A program made the position numbers and the translations under genes. This document shows positions 13,379-25,468 of a stretch of 60,000 nt of DNA, piece by piece. A model generated the notes under the pieces. The model did no database searches, was not told the DNA's origin, and saw nothing but the letters and a program-made list of their open reading frames with translations. This DNA comes from Felis catus (lineage: Eukaryota): contig NC_058368.1 of assembly GCF_018350175.1 (NCBI RefSeq), positions 116,872,001 to 116,932,000 on the forward strand, given 5' to 3'. How positions within the stretch are numbered: the stretch's first letter is position 1; the number at the start of each line of letters is the position of its first letter.

Positions 13379-14270
13379 TTAAAGTTCTGAATTACCACCG
13401 CCAAAATAAAGTGGGAAAGAGAAAGAAATCAGTTTAACGTGGATGAATTATAGCTAAAACTAAGCTGAATTTAACCTATTTGTCCATCTTAAACAGCTCC
13501 TTGTTCCTACTTGGCCGTACCTGATGCCCCAGGACTGGGATTTAATTAGACTCTGATTCTAAGCCCTAGTCTCAGTTAATATGTTATGCTGTCCTGAGCC
13601 CATTTTCATTTGCCCTTGAGTTTTTGCCATTCTGAGACACGAATTAAAATCCACAAACATGCTCTTTTTGTCTAAATTTGTTGCTAAGGAACTAGAAAGA
13701 TAACACCTAAATCGTCACTTCTTGGGCACACTTGTGCTTCAGTCCAATCAGTCCCTTTGCCTAAAACAGTTCTTTCATGCGAACAAAGCTGCTTTTTTTG
13801 TGTTTTTGAGAATAATTAATTGGCAAACAATGCAGAAAAAGCTATCTAGCCTCATGCTAATTTCTTGAGAAAACTGACAAGCAGCTTTGTGTAAGACGAG
13901 GTATTGGCCGCCATAACTCACACAGACTTTTGTACCGCCTTTGATGTCTTAGGCATTTTGTTGGAATAAACCAACACACCAAGGTTGGATGATCTAATGT
14001 CTGTCACACACGAAGACAACAATTACAAGCATGCACTTAGAATCTGGGAGTAGAGAGAGAAAAAAGTCAACATTTTGCAATAAGGGATATTATTTAATAT
14101 CAGCTGGTTTCCTTGCCAGCCTAAATATCTAAAATCAAGGGGTTCTTACCCCCTCCATATCTGGCATTGTAACTTAGTCAGTCACACGGCCCTTTGAACC
14201 AGTTGGGATTGGCCAGTTCCTTTGTCAGGTGAAAACCTCTGCAGCAAGTCATGAGACTAAACTGGGCGGT

Positions 14271-14297
14271 GTCGCTGTCCGCGTCTAGGGTGCTGAA
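14271..14297 (-). promoter_or_regulatory. Non-canonical (gapped) RE1/NRSE REST site
   Basis: The minus strand reads TTCAGCACC-ctagacgc-GGACAGCGAC: both RE1 half-sites with an 8-bp spacer instead of 2 bp. Confidence 0.85.
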
Positions 14298-14382
14298 CTT
14301 TAGGCGTGGCTAAAGAGGTTTCCTTTGCATGACAACTTCCGGTAGGGCGGGGTTGGGGTCTTGTGCCAAAAAGTGGATCCAT

Positions 14383-14396
14383 CTGCCACCTGGTGG
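14383..14396 (-). promoter_or_regulatory. CTCF site, reverse orientation, quasi-palindromic (HS5-1b-like)
   Basis: + strand CTGCCACCTGGTGG reads CCACCAGGTGGCAG on the minus strand, a consensus CTCF core. Confidence 0.88.
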
Positions 14397-15965
14397 TAGG
14401 AAAGGAAAATGCTTTTGATAAAGTTTAAAGAGGATTTTGGATTGAGACCCTAAACTCTGAAAAAAAAATTTTTGGAAAGGTTGGAGATCTTAGACCTCAG
14501 GAAGTGGGTTTTGGGAGATCTGCCTATTCTTAAAATCCATAAAGATATAAAGGAGAATTGGGAATTTTCAGAATTATCTCTCACTTCTGTCCAAGAAAAT
14601 AATCTACAAATACATTGGTTTTCCCAAGCATTTCTTTCAACACACCTTTGTTACCAGATAGGTATTTGAGAAATATTTGTACATATAGGAACTCAGAAAT
14701 ATTTACTAAAAATACTAAAATAAATGCTCTATCTTATGAGCCACATACATTCAAGAAATCATAGCTGAGAGTATTGCTTTGATTTCAGCTTCTGGGAGGA
14801 AGAAAAGTGTACTTATATTTAGATGTGGTAATATGTAATAGGAGTTCTAGGAGTAAAACTTGTGTTTTTTTTCCATTTTCTTCCTGTAATAGTATATAGG
14901 CTATCAGAAGGCTGAAAATAATAGGGTTTTTTTGGTATGCTTATTATTTTTACTCTGTGTATTTTACTGTTTTACCATGCATATTTTTATACAGTGATGA
15001 ATAAATCACTATGAATTCATTAAATTCATAATTACACTCATAATTACATCCATAAGGGAATGGAGATCCCCTTAGGTTGCTAAGTAAATATAGATTCTTT
15101 GATAGGTAACAAGAAAAAAAACAAGAGACAGAGGTAATGACATGCCTCATTCAAATCTTGTCATTTTTATAAAAATACTGTAAAAAGTAGATACATATTT
15201 ATAGAAGCTCTAAAGTCAAAATTCCAACTAAACATCAAATTTCTATGTCTCTACTGGTAACCTCTCCTTCCTAATTGTTTTAATATCGTTCTTTCCATCT
15301 TTTGAAAAAAGTTACTGCTATATAGCCAAAGCGTTACTGTATGTTTAGGTGTATGGGTTACAGTGTAAAATAAATTCTATCAAGTTGAGAGTAAAATAAA
15401 TTTCTTTCTCAAATGAAAAAACATCAATCTCAGAAAAAAAGACCTATCCAGGAAGTATACTTGGCTTTGTCAGCCAATCCAGTTAATATTAGTATTCTAA
15501 TAGATATTTTTTCATTTGCTCTTCTATGGATCTTAACACAGAAAATATAGTTATCATTTGTTTTAAGGTATAAAATATTTTCAGAATATTAATTTTAATA
15601 AAATAAAGGTACTGTGTTTGGGGTTGTTACATGAATTGCCTTCAATTATAAAAGGGAGAAATTGGTTGGAATTTAATGAAGAGACAAATTATCACTCTAG
15701 TCTAGGTTCCATTTGATTAAATTGGGAAGTTTAGCAAACATTTGTCAGGTTTCATGGAAAGACACCTGTAACCTGTGCTACCAGAGTCAACATGGAAAAC
15801 AAATAAGCATGAATAAGGGCATGAAAGCCATCTGTTTAAAAGACGAATGTAATATAAATCTTGCCTGTAAATGGTATTGGTTTACGTCTTCTTACATTAC
15901 TGTGAAAGACTGAAACATTAGACGCACGTGCACATGATGGACAATAAGAGGTATTGTCCTTCAAA

Positions 15966-15979
15966 ACACCAGATGGCAG
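15966..15979 (+). promoter_or_regulatory. Candidate forward CTCF motif
   Basis: ACACCAGATGGCAG, one mismatch to CCACCAGATGGCAG. Confidence 0.4.
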
Positions 15980-16699
15980 ATCAAGAGCAGCTGCAATAAA
16001 TTGAGCTGCCTAAGAAGACTTCTGGACCCCTGAAGCCTCCTGTTCCTGCCAAAATGAATAAGAAACCTAAAATGCATGAAAAAAACACATGGAAGAAAAG
16101 AAGTCTAAAATCGTAGTAAAGTCTGAAACAGCAGATGTGACCTCAGTGCTTCAAAATACATTGGCTCCTAAAAATAGATGTGTTTTTTTCCAGATTAAGG
16201 AGTATATATGAAAGAAAATTAGAGGGCATTTTAAATAGCAATATAACAATAACAATCAAAATAAATATCCTAAATATTACAACACTAAGACAACTTAAAG
16301 TTTGGATACAGTAATAGAAAAAACAGATGGAGAGATTCTCCAATATTCTAGTTAGATAGAGTATTTTTTCTGAAAGAAGTTGAAAATAGTGACAAAATTC
16401 TCAGAATAATTTCAGAGGCATTTAAATGTATGGTATAGAGGTAAATAAAGTAAACATAAGTGACCCATTTTGCATAAATGTTAGAACAGATTTTTATTTA
16501 AACTAATTTTATAAACAGGAAATATAGAGTTGTATAGAGCAGAACATGGAGTAAAAAGAATTTGTTTTCGAATATAAGTCTAATTATATTTCTCTGGCTT
16601 GCCTGAGTTGATTTTCAAACAAACAAAGAAACAAAAATGGCACTTGTGTAATAATGTAATTCCAAATTCCAAAATTCTTTTGTGTATATATATTTTAAA

Positions 16700-19300
16700 A
16701 GATTTTTTTTAGAACAGTTTTGGTTCATGGGAAAACTGAGCCCAAAATACAGAGAGTTTCCATATATTCCCTGCCCTGACACATATACAGCTTCCCTCAC
16801 TATGATCATCTTGAAGCATATAGTAGTGCATTTGTTACAACAGATGAACCAACAGTGATACATCATTATCTCCCAAAGTCCATAGTTTACATTAAGTTCA
16901 CTCTTGGTGTTGTGCATGCTATGGATTTTGACAAATGTATGATGACCAATATTTACATTATAGGATCAAACGAATAGTTTTACTACCCTAAATCCTCTGT
17001 GGCTTTCCCACTAAGATTGGGAGCAAGGCAAAGATGTTCCATCTCACTACTACTTTTAAACATTGCACTGGAAAAGGAAACAAAAGGTGTACTGATTGGG
17101 AAGGAAGAAAAAAAACACCTTGTTTACAGATTACATGATACTGTATATAGAAAATCTGAAAGACTCAATTAAAAGAAAACTCCTGAACTAATAAACAGTT
17201 ATAGCAATGTTGCAGAATATGATGTTCATATACAAAAGTCAGTCATTTTCCTATATACCAGTAATGAACAAGTGGATTTTAAAATTGAAAACACAATACC
17301 ACTTACATTAGTATCCCTGAAAAAATGGAACACTTTGGTATAAACCTAAGCCTAAATATGTACAAGATCAATAAAACTATAAAACTCTGATGAAGTAAAT
17401 CAAAGAACTAAATAAATGGAGAGATATTCCATGTTCATGGATAGGAAGACTCAATATTGTCAAGAAGTCCGTTCTTCCCAACTTGATGTGTAATCAATGT
17501 AATCCAAATAAAAATCCCAAACAGATATTCTGTGGATATTGACAAACTGATTCTAAGTTTATATGGAGAGGTAAAAGACCCAGAAGAGCCCACACAATAT
17601 TGAAAAAGAACAAAGGCAGAGGACTGACACTGCCTAACTTCAAGACTTATTATAAAGCTACACTGATCAAGCCACCGTGGTATTGGCAAAGTAATAGACA
17701 AACAGACTAGAATAGAAAGCCCGGAAATAGACCCATGTAAAAACAGTCAACTGATCTTCGACAAAGGAGCAAAGGCTATGTAATTGAAAAAAACATGGTC
17801 TTTTCAAAAAAGAGTGCTGTAACAGCGGGCCATTGACAAGCAAAAAATAATTCTAGACGTAGACCTTATACTCTTCACAGATTATCTCAAAAAAGGATAA
17901 AAGCCATCTTGATTTCTTCCAAGCTCTGGCAATTATGAATAAAGCTGTTCTAAACCTCTGTGTGCAGAGCTTTGCATGGACCTTAGTTTTCATATCTTTT
18001 GGGTAAATAACAAGGAGAGCAACTGCTGGATCTTACAGTAAAATAGAAACACAAAACCATAAGACTCTTAGAAGATAGGAGAAAATCTAGATGAACTTGA
18101 GTGTGGAGATAAATTTTTAGGTACAATACCAAAGGCATGATCCATGAAAGAAATACTTGATTAGCTTGACTTCGTTAAAATTAAAAATTTCTTATCTGTG
18201 AAAGACAATTTCAAGAGAACAAAAACACACATCACAAGTTAGGAGAAAATATTTGCAAGAGACATATCTGATAAATAAGCAAGATAAATATATATTTAAA
18301 ATATACAAAAAATTCTTAAAACTCAACAAGAAAATAAACAAACTAAATATTGAGTCAAAGACCTTAACAGACACTTCACCTAACAAGAATTAAAGATGGC
18401 AAGTAAACGTATTTTACTTTGCATGGTAAAACAGTTCTCAGCACCAGGTGATGTATGGAATTGTTGGATCACTATATTGTACACCTGAAACTAATATAAC
18501 TGTTGACTGGAATTAAAATAAAATTTTTTAAAGTTCTCATTACAAAAAAAAATTGGAACTCCATATGGTGATAGATGTTGACTAGACTGACTGGGGTGAC
18601 CATTTCATAATCATACAAATACCGAATCATTATGTTGTACACCTGAAACTAATATAATGTTGCATGTCAATTGTATCTCAGTTTTTGAAAAATTCCCTAG
18701 GAGGCCATAAGTTTTCACATAATGTGTGAAACACTGGGAGAAATATTGCCTTTTTAAAGAAAAATTCTGTAGATATATATCAACTAAGGGTAAATATGTC
18801 TCATTTTCTTATAAAGAGATATTCAGGATTCATATTCAGAATATATGAAGAGCTACAAATCAATAGAAAAAAGATAAGTGATTCAATGTAAAAACTGGGG
18901 AAGAGAACTGAACAACCGCCCCCCCACCCAAAGGATAACCAGGTGACTAAAGACATATTACATAGTGCCCTGCCTCATCAGTAATTAATCATCAGAGAAA
19001 TGCAATTAAACCCACGCTGGGAGAGCAAGAATGGTTAAACTTTAAAAAGATGAGTAATGCTAGGTGTTGGTAAGAATTTGCACAGCTGGAGGTTACACTG
19101 CTGATGAGAGTGTAAATTGGTACAACCTCTTAGTTTGGCAATATGAAGTAAAGCGAAAAAGAACATACCCTATGACATCGATGCCTCTTCTAGGTATATG
19201 TCCCCTCCCCCAAATTATGTACACAGGTCTACAAGGTGACATATAGAAGGGCACACTGCTGTGAATAGTAGAACAATAGAATGAGTAAATGAGTTTTGCT
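16700..19300. mobile_element. Mosaic of old L1 fragments (minus-strand 3' end about 16700-17000; plus-strand ORF2 about 17030-18400; 3' UTR pieces to about 19300)
   Basis: Decayed ORF2 sequence such as AAATAAATGGAGAGATATTCCATGTTCATGGATAGGAAGACTCAATATTGT, and TACACCTGAAACTAATATAA 3' ends. Confidence 0.8.
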
Positions 19301-19310
19301 GCACTCATAC

Positions 19311-19897
19311 TGAAAAAGACAAAAGCAATGCCTGACTGCTAGCAGCCCTGATACTCCAGGCTGGGCCATGGTGGAACGAAAACAATTTCATGGAACTCCA
19401 GCATTACACGAGGCTGTGTAATGTGATAGATCAAAATTAAAACAAGAGCACACCTTAATCATGCCTGAATATAGACAGAAAAGACACTGTCCAGTCCACA
19501 AAAATGATCAAATATCCCTCTGTGCTAAAATGATTTACCAATCACAGCTTGTTTGCCAATCACAGATTTACCTTCTCCTTTCTGCTTTTCTATGTAAGAA
19601 TTATAGAGAAGATATAAGAATTATATAAGATATAAGATAATTATAAGAATTATTAATACACCCAACTATAGTATCAACTCCATTGCTGATAGCATTCCAT
19701 CCAGAGTAAAGTCCTTCTTCATAGCACCCCAGATCACCCTGCACAAGACTAAATACTCTAAGTCCTTTCCGACACCCTCTTACTGTGATTCCCCATGATT
19801 CTCTGTGGTATGCAATCTCCCTTGTTGGAGTCAGAAAATACAGCTCTTTTCAACTACAGGTGCGTTCCTGATGCTCTATGGCCAAAGGGTATTGACA
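19311..19897 (+). mobile_element. ERV1-type solo LTR (MER34/MER39-like)
   Basis: TG...CA ends flanked by a 4-bp TSD ATAC; 3' end CAACTACAGGTGCGTTCCTG...GGGTATTGACA. Confidence 0.7.
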
Positions 19898-20094
19898 ATA
19901 CTCTGGAATTCTATACAGCAATGGAAATGGGTGAACAAGAACTAAACACAAAAATGTCAGTCTCACATGGAGCTAAATAATGAAGGAAAGAAACTAGACT
20001 TAAAAGATTACTCATCATAAATGTTAAGGGTTTTTTTTAGCATAGTGAAAATATTACCTTCTGTACATTTTATTGTATGTACTTTTATATACAG

Positions 20095-20300
20095 TTTTTT
20101 TTACATTTATTTATTTTTGAGAGACAGAGAGAGACAGTGTGAGCAGGGGAGGGGCAGAGAGAGAGGGAGACACAGAATCAGAAGCAGGCTCCAGGCTCTG
20201 AGCTGTCAGCATAGAGCCTGATGCGGGGCTCAAACCCACGAACCGTGAGATCATGACCTGAGCTGAAGTCGGAAGCTTAACTAAGTGACCCAGGCACCCC
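20095..20300 (-). mobile_element. Can-SINE with TSD TATATACAGTTTTTT
   Basis: Full reverse-strand body; duplicated flank on both sides. Confidence 0.9.
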
Positions 20301-21029
20301 TATATACAGTTTTTTAAAGAGGCAAAATTAAACTGTTTAGGGCTGCACACTTAAGCTGGATATTAATTTAGGTAATGGAGATTGGGGGATCCATTAACTC
20401 CTTCATGTCAGGATGTCAATAACATTATATACACTTTTCAGTCATTTTTTTTCTCATTTGGAAAATATGGCTTAGATTTCTCATAAGTGGCAGTAACTCT
20501 TTCTATAGCACCTAGCATAGAAAATGCTGAGCACAAATGGGGACTCGCCAAATGCTTTTGATGGACATGAGATGAGAGTGTCAAAAGACAGGTTCTAGTT
20601 CCTACTGCCAGGAATAGCTGTATGAACTGGGCAAGTAATTTCATCATTTGGGCCTTAGTTTCTTAATCTTTAAAAAAATCGAGGGGAGTATTGGACCCTA
20701 TCTTTTTTGAGGTGGTTCATCATTCTTAAACATTCTATGATCTAATGATTGTAAACGAAACTCTGAACAAGTATCCCCCAAATTTCTATCAGGTCATTTT
20801 CAATATATCTAAGTAGTCTGTTATTTCATTTCCTTTCAAATCCAAAGCCAAACATTTTCATTTCATTTATCCATTATGTTATTTGGGAAACACAGTAATA
20901 TACTGATTAAGAGCAGAGACTCTGGAGTCAGACAAAATTAAACTGAATTCTTTCTCTAATCCTTATGAGGCAGGGGGTCTTGGAAGAGTGACATAACTTC
21001 TCCAGTCTGTTTCTTTGTCTTAAAAAAGG

Positions 21030-21230
21030 GGGGGGGCACCTGGGTGGCTCAGTCGGTTAAGCACACGGACTTGGGTTCAGGTCATGATCTCGTAGTTTGT
21101 GGGTTCGAGCCGTGTGTTGGCCTCTGTTCCCACAGCACAGAGCCTGAAGCCTGATTCGGATTCTATGTCTCTTCTCTTTCACTCACAGTCTCTCTCTCTC
21201 TCTCTCAAAAATAAACATTAAAAAATGTTA
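21030..21230 (+). mobile_element. Can-SINE
   Basis: GGGGCACCTGGGTGGCTCAGTCGGTTAAG head, (CT)n, A tail. Confidence 0.9.
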
Positions 21231-21699
21231 AAGAAATAATGTGTACTTAATAGAGCTGTTGCAAGGATTAAATAATGCATGTAAACCACTTAACACAGTC
21301 CCAGTGCTATATAGAAACCATACCCAGTAAATATTACTATCATTATAATCCTAAGTGCCAAGCCAACTGCTTCTTGAGGGTGAGGGTTCTAGGAAAGGAA
21401 TGGATTTGTGCATATCAAGAGCCTAGTTGGCCAGTTCTCCTATCAATGTACCTACTGGACACCAGGTTCCTGAAAGAAAAACCTCTGTCTGTCCCCTTTC
21501 TTTTTCCTGCTGACACTTTCTCCAAACCCCTGCCCCTTCCTGACTTCCATCTGGCTCCAAAAGACACTGCAGGATCTTTTTTACTCCCCCCCCCCCACAT
21601 TTTTTGGTGCAAAACAGGTGATTGTATTAAAACACAGGGACAGGACCCGTGGGCAAAAAGAGCTGCCTTTTTGACTCTCCCTTGATCTCTGAACAAGCA

Positions 21700-22111
21700 A
21701 GGTAGCTTGCTTACTCCTCGCTGTTTGCCGGTTGCTGCAGCAGCCCCAGCCGGCTCCCAGATTGGTGACTTCAGCTTAAGTGACTATCCTCATTGGCTTC
21801 TTAATTCCCAAGGACTTTTTTTCTGAAAGGGAATTAAAGACTCTGCGTTGCTTTGGCAACAACTTTCATCCTCTGCCTAACTCTCCAGAATGAGAACATA
21901 TCTATTAATACACTGGATAGACTGGGGAGTTGAGTTGCTCAATGCAAATTTTCTTCCAAGTGCAAAACAGCTTACCGGGCTTTGCTAGCCCGGTGCTGCG
22001 GTTACAGAGGAGCAAAGCCGAGAGCAGCAGTTCCAAGAATCTGTGGGCAGAAAAGTGAAGTATACCCGCAACAGGTGGCGGCTGCTGCAGAGAGTGCGCT
22101 TGCGAGACCGG
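21700..22111 (+). promoter_or_regulatory. PCDHB1 promoter
   Basis: CpG density rises here. Two ATTGG (inverted CCAAT) boxes at 21761 and 21792, and an X-box-like palindrome GTTGCTTTGGCAAC at 21847-21860. Confidence 0.6.
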
Positions 22112-24568
22112 ATGGCGGTTGCGCACAGAAAGCTCATGCAGAACAGGCAAGTAGGGTCTCTTCTCTTTTTTGTGTGCATATCTGTGGGAAGTGCAGCAAC
22201 CATCCGCTACTCCGTGGCAGAAGAGATGGAGAGCGGTTCGTTTGTGGCTAATGTGGCTAAGGACCTGGGGCTGGAAGTAGGGAAGCTGGCTGCGCGCGGG
22301 GCGCGGCTGGTTTCCGAGGGCAACAAAGTGCACTTCCGGCTCCACCGCAAGACAGGGGATCTGTTCGTGAAGGAGAAACTGGATAGGGAGTCACTCTGTG
22401 GCAAAGCTGACCCGTGTGTTCTGCATTTTGAAATAGTCTTGGTGGAGCCACTGCAGTCCTTTCGTGTCGAGGTCAGGGTATTTGATATCAATGACAATGC
22501 CCCGATTTTCCTAAACAAGGAGCCGCTTTTAAAGATTCCGGAGAGTACCCCCTTGGGTTCACGTTTTCCTCTGCAGAGTGCCCAGGATCTGGACGTGGGC
22601 CTCAATGGTCTCCAAAACTACACCTTAAGCCCCAACACGTATTTCCACCTGCATACCCGCTTTCGCAGCCATGGGCCCAAATACGCTGAGCTGGTGCTGG
22701 ATAAGCCCCTGGACAGAGAGGAGCAGCCTGAAGTCAACTTGACAATTACAGCGGTGGATGGCGGGTCCCCTCCCAAATCTGGCATCGCTCACATCCGTGT
22801 GGTCGTTCTGGACGTCAATGACCACGTGCCTCAGTTCTCCAGATTGGTGTACCGCGCTCAGGTACTAGAAAATAGTGCCAATGGTTCTTTGGTGGTCACT
22901 GTGAGTGCCACAGACCTGGATGAGGGCTCCAACAAGGATATAACTTATTCCTTAGCTCAAAACCCAGAAGCAATTCTCCAGACGTTTCAGATTGACTCGC
23001 AGACTGGGGATGTTCGACTAAGAGGGCCCCTAGATTTTGAAGCAATTGAAACATATGATATTGACATTCAAGCCACCGATGGAGGGGGCCTCTCTGCCCA
23101 CAGCAAAGTCCTGGTGGAAGTGGTGGATGTTAATGACAATCCTCCTGAAGTGACAATCTCCTCTGTGTCCAGCCCTCTCCCTGAGGACTCCCCATTAGAG
23201 ACTGTAGTGGCCCTTTTCTCTATCCGAGACCGGGACATTCGAGTGGGAGGAAAAATCATCTGCTTCCTCAGAGAAGACCTTCCCTTTGCAGTCAAACCTA
23301 CTTTCCGGAATTCTTACTCTCTGGTTACTGACAGAGTCTTGGATAGGGAAGAGGTCTCAGGCTACAATATCACCGTTGTTGCCATGGATACTGGGCCACC
23401 CAGTCTGTTCACAGAAACTGTGATTGAGGTGCTAATATCTGACATTAATGACAATCCCCCAATATTTCAGGAAGACTCATACATTTTGACTGTTCGAGAA
23501 AACAACAGCCCTGCAATTTTTATTGGCAAAGTTCATGCTGAGGATCTAGATTTGGGTGAGAATGCCCAAGTAACATATACTCTGCTTCCTCCAGAAAGTG
23601 GAGATTTATCAGTCTTTGCTTACATCTCCATAAATTCAGACAATGGGAAGCTCTATGCACTGAGAACCATGGATTATGAGGCCATTCAAAAATTTCAGTT
23701 TGTGGTAAAGGCAACTGATGGGGGCTTCCTGTCACTGAGTAGCCAGGTTACTGTCAGAGTGGTTGTTCTGGATGACAATGACAACCGCCCAATGATCTTG
23801 TACCCACTGCAGAATGGCACCTTGCCCTGCAATGACCTAGTGCCCAGGTCTGCAGAGGCAGGCTACCTGGTGACCAAGGTAGTGGCTGTGGACGGTGACT
23901 CAGGTCAGAATTCTTGGCTTTCATATCATCTCCTTAAGGCCACTGACACTGGGTTATTCTCTGTTCAACAACAAAATGGGGAAATCCGTACACTGCGGCA
24001 GATAGCTGAAAGAGACCCCGTGGTTCAGAAACTTACAATTCTTGTTCAGGATCATGGCCAACCACCTCTTTCCACTACTGCCTCACTCAACATTTTGCTG
24101 GTAGATGGGTTTTCTGAGCCCTATCTACAGTTTCGGGATCCATCCAAGCATCCTACAAGGGTAAATCCATCCACTAAATATTTGGTCATTTCTCTGGCTG
24201 TGCTTTCCTTTCTCTTTCTCCTCTCTGTCACAGTGATCTTTGTTATACACATCTACCAGAAGGTTAAATATAGAGAAAAGTTCACAGTTCAAGAGCATTT
24301 CTATGATGACTGTAATTTCCCTAACAACTTGGTACAAGAAGGAGCCAATGGATCTTTATCTCAGCCATGTCCCTATGAAATGTGCTCGGCCACTGGCACG
24401 GGCAATAGTGAGTTTCGGTTCCTTAAGCGCTTTATGCCCAACTTCCCCTTTCCACATGGCACTGGAGAGGCAAAAACAGAGGCTGGCTCCAGTTTACCCC
24501 CAGATTGTGGTAGGAATAGGTCTCGGGGGTCAGAGGGCCATGGCCAAGTACCTGATGACTATATGTAG
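22112..24568 (+). CDS. PCDHB1: Protocadherin beta-1, single-exon, 818 aa
   Basis: The ORF track starts at a GTG (22043); the first ATG is at 22112 ([18 protein letters not shown]...). It encodes a signal peptide, six cadherin repeats (DINDN, LDRE, DxD motifs), a TM segment ([17 protein letters not shown]) and a tail ending DDYM. The EC4 motif DRDIRVGGK and the C-terminus match my recollection of mammalian PCDHB1, and it is the first gene after HS5-1. Confidence 0.96.
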   Translation: MAVAHRKLMQNRQVGSLLFFVCISVGSAATIRYSVAEEMESGSFVANVAKDLGLEVGKLAARGARLVSEGNKVHFRLHRKTGDLFVKEKLDRESLCGKADPCVLHFEIVLVEPLQSFRVEVRVFDINDNAPIFLNKEPLLKIPESTPLGSRFPLQSAQDLDVGLNGLQNYTLSPNTYFHLHTRFRSHGPKYAELVLDKPLDREEQPEVNLTITAVDGGSPPKSGIAHIRVVVLDVNDHVPQFSRLVYRAQVLENSANGSLVVTVSATDLDEGSNKDITYSLAQNPEAILQTFQIDSQTGDVRLRGPLDFEAIETYDIDIQATDGGGLSAHSKVLVEVVDVNDNPPEVTISSVSSPLPEDSPLETVVALFSIRDRDIRVGGKIICFLREDLPFAVKPTFRNSYSLVTDRVLDREEVSGYNITVVAMDTGPPSLFTETVIEVLISDINDNPPIFQEDSYILTVRENNSPAIFIGKVHAEDLDLGENAQVTYTLLPPESGDLSVFAYISINSDNGKLYALRTMDYEAIQKFQFVVKATDGGFLSLSSQVTVRVVVLDDNDNRPMILYPLQNGTLPCNDLVPRSAEAGYLVTKVVAVDGDSGQNSWLSYHLLKATDTGLFSVQQQNGEIRTLRQIAERDPVVQKLTILVQDHGQPPLSTTASLNILLVDGFSEPYLQFRDPSKHPTRVNPSTKYLVISLAVLSFLFLLSVTVIFVIHIYQKVKYREKFTVQEHFYDDCNFPNNLVQEGANGSLSQPCPYEMCSATGTGNSEFRFLKRFMPNFPFPHGTGEAKTEAGSSLPPDCGRNRSRGSEGHGQVPDDYM

Positions 24569-25230
24569 TTCTTGCTCATGAGCTATAAGTAATCATTATT
24601 CATGTGTCCTCTGGAAGTTCATTAGTTCTGGACCTGGAAATGCTTAGTTCCACAGAGATATCCTGTTATTTTGCCTTTAAATTGTTTTCTAGTAGACAGT
24701 TATGTATGCATGAGGAAGAAAACTAGCTTCTAGTTTTGATACATCAGGAAGCAGTTAGGTTTGAGAAACAGATATATAGCTTATCATTACTCAGAAATTT
24801 CTAGATTTTTATTCCTTAGTAAGTGGAGATCATCTTTGAATCATAAGGACACAAATGCCTGGTGAATGGTCCTCATAGATAATCAGGTAAAAGGAAAGGT
24901 AAAGAAAAAAAAAGAATTGACTTATTTGAGAATGTGAGTAAGGGTAGAAAGACTAAAGAGATTCAGTTCAGGAATGTTCTCCAAAATTAAGTTAGATGGG
25001 ATTTCTTAATGGTCGCTTAGGCCTTAGGCAAGCCGAAACCTCTCTTTGTATACAGGTGTCTATCCCTTACTTATCAGAGAACAGTTATTTGAATGTGGAG
25101 AATAAAAGGTAGATGAGGGGAAAAAAATCAGTAAGGCTTATTGTCGTTAACAAATGCTATCAAAATAAAAGATATTAAAGGAAAAAGTGATAATACCAAT
25201 TAAGTGGCCTTAAGAAAAGATAGATTTTCA

Positions 25231-25468
25231 GGGGCGCCTGGGTGGCGCAGTCGGTTAAGCATCCGACTTCAGCCAGGTCACAATCTCGCGGTCCGTGAGT
25301 TCAAGCCCCGCGTCGGGCTCTGGGCTGATGGCTCGGAGACTGGAGCCTGTTTCTGATTCTGTGTCTCCCTCTCTCTCTGTCCCTCCCCCGTTCATGCTCT
25401 GTCTCTCTCTGTCCCAAAAAAATAAATAAACGTTGAAAAAAAAATTAAAAAAAAAAAAAAAAAAGAAA
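25231..25468 (+). mobile_element. Young felid SINE (SINEC_Fc-like) downstream of PCDHB1
   Basis: Consensus-like body, long A tail, 19-bp TSD AAGAAAAGATAGATTTTCA (25212-25230 and 25469-25487). Confidence 0.95.

Larger units (their letters stand above)
12200..16050. promoter_or_regulatory. HS5-1 enhancer region of the clustered protocadherin locus
   Basis: SINE/LINE-free block about 8 kb upstream of PCDHB1 holding two reverse CTCF motifs about 1 kb apart, a REST site, and ETS, GC-box and CCAAT motifs. This matches the known position and layout of HS5-1. Confidence 0.85.

Noticed and set aside
19592..19660. Short ATAAGA(ATT) tandem repeats
   Set aside because: Slippage within an LTR; no constant repeat and spacer structure, so not CRISPR-like.
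21275..21696. Overlapping 136-aa and 93-aa ORFs upstream of PCDHB1
   Set aside because: No recognisable domain, start overlaps MIR-like sequence, and the length is compatible with chance.
22043..22111. N-terminal extensions of PCDHB1 (GTG start) and PCDHB2 (TTG start at 44694)
   Set aside because: Artefacts of alternative start codons in the ORF caller; the downstream ATGs give family-typical signal peptides.
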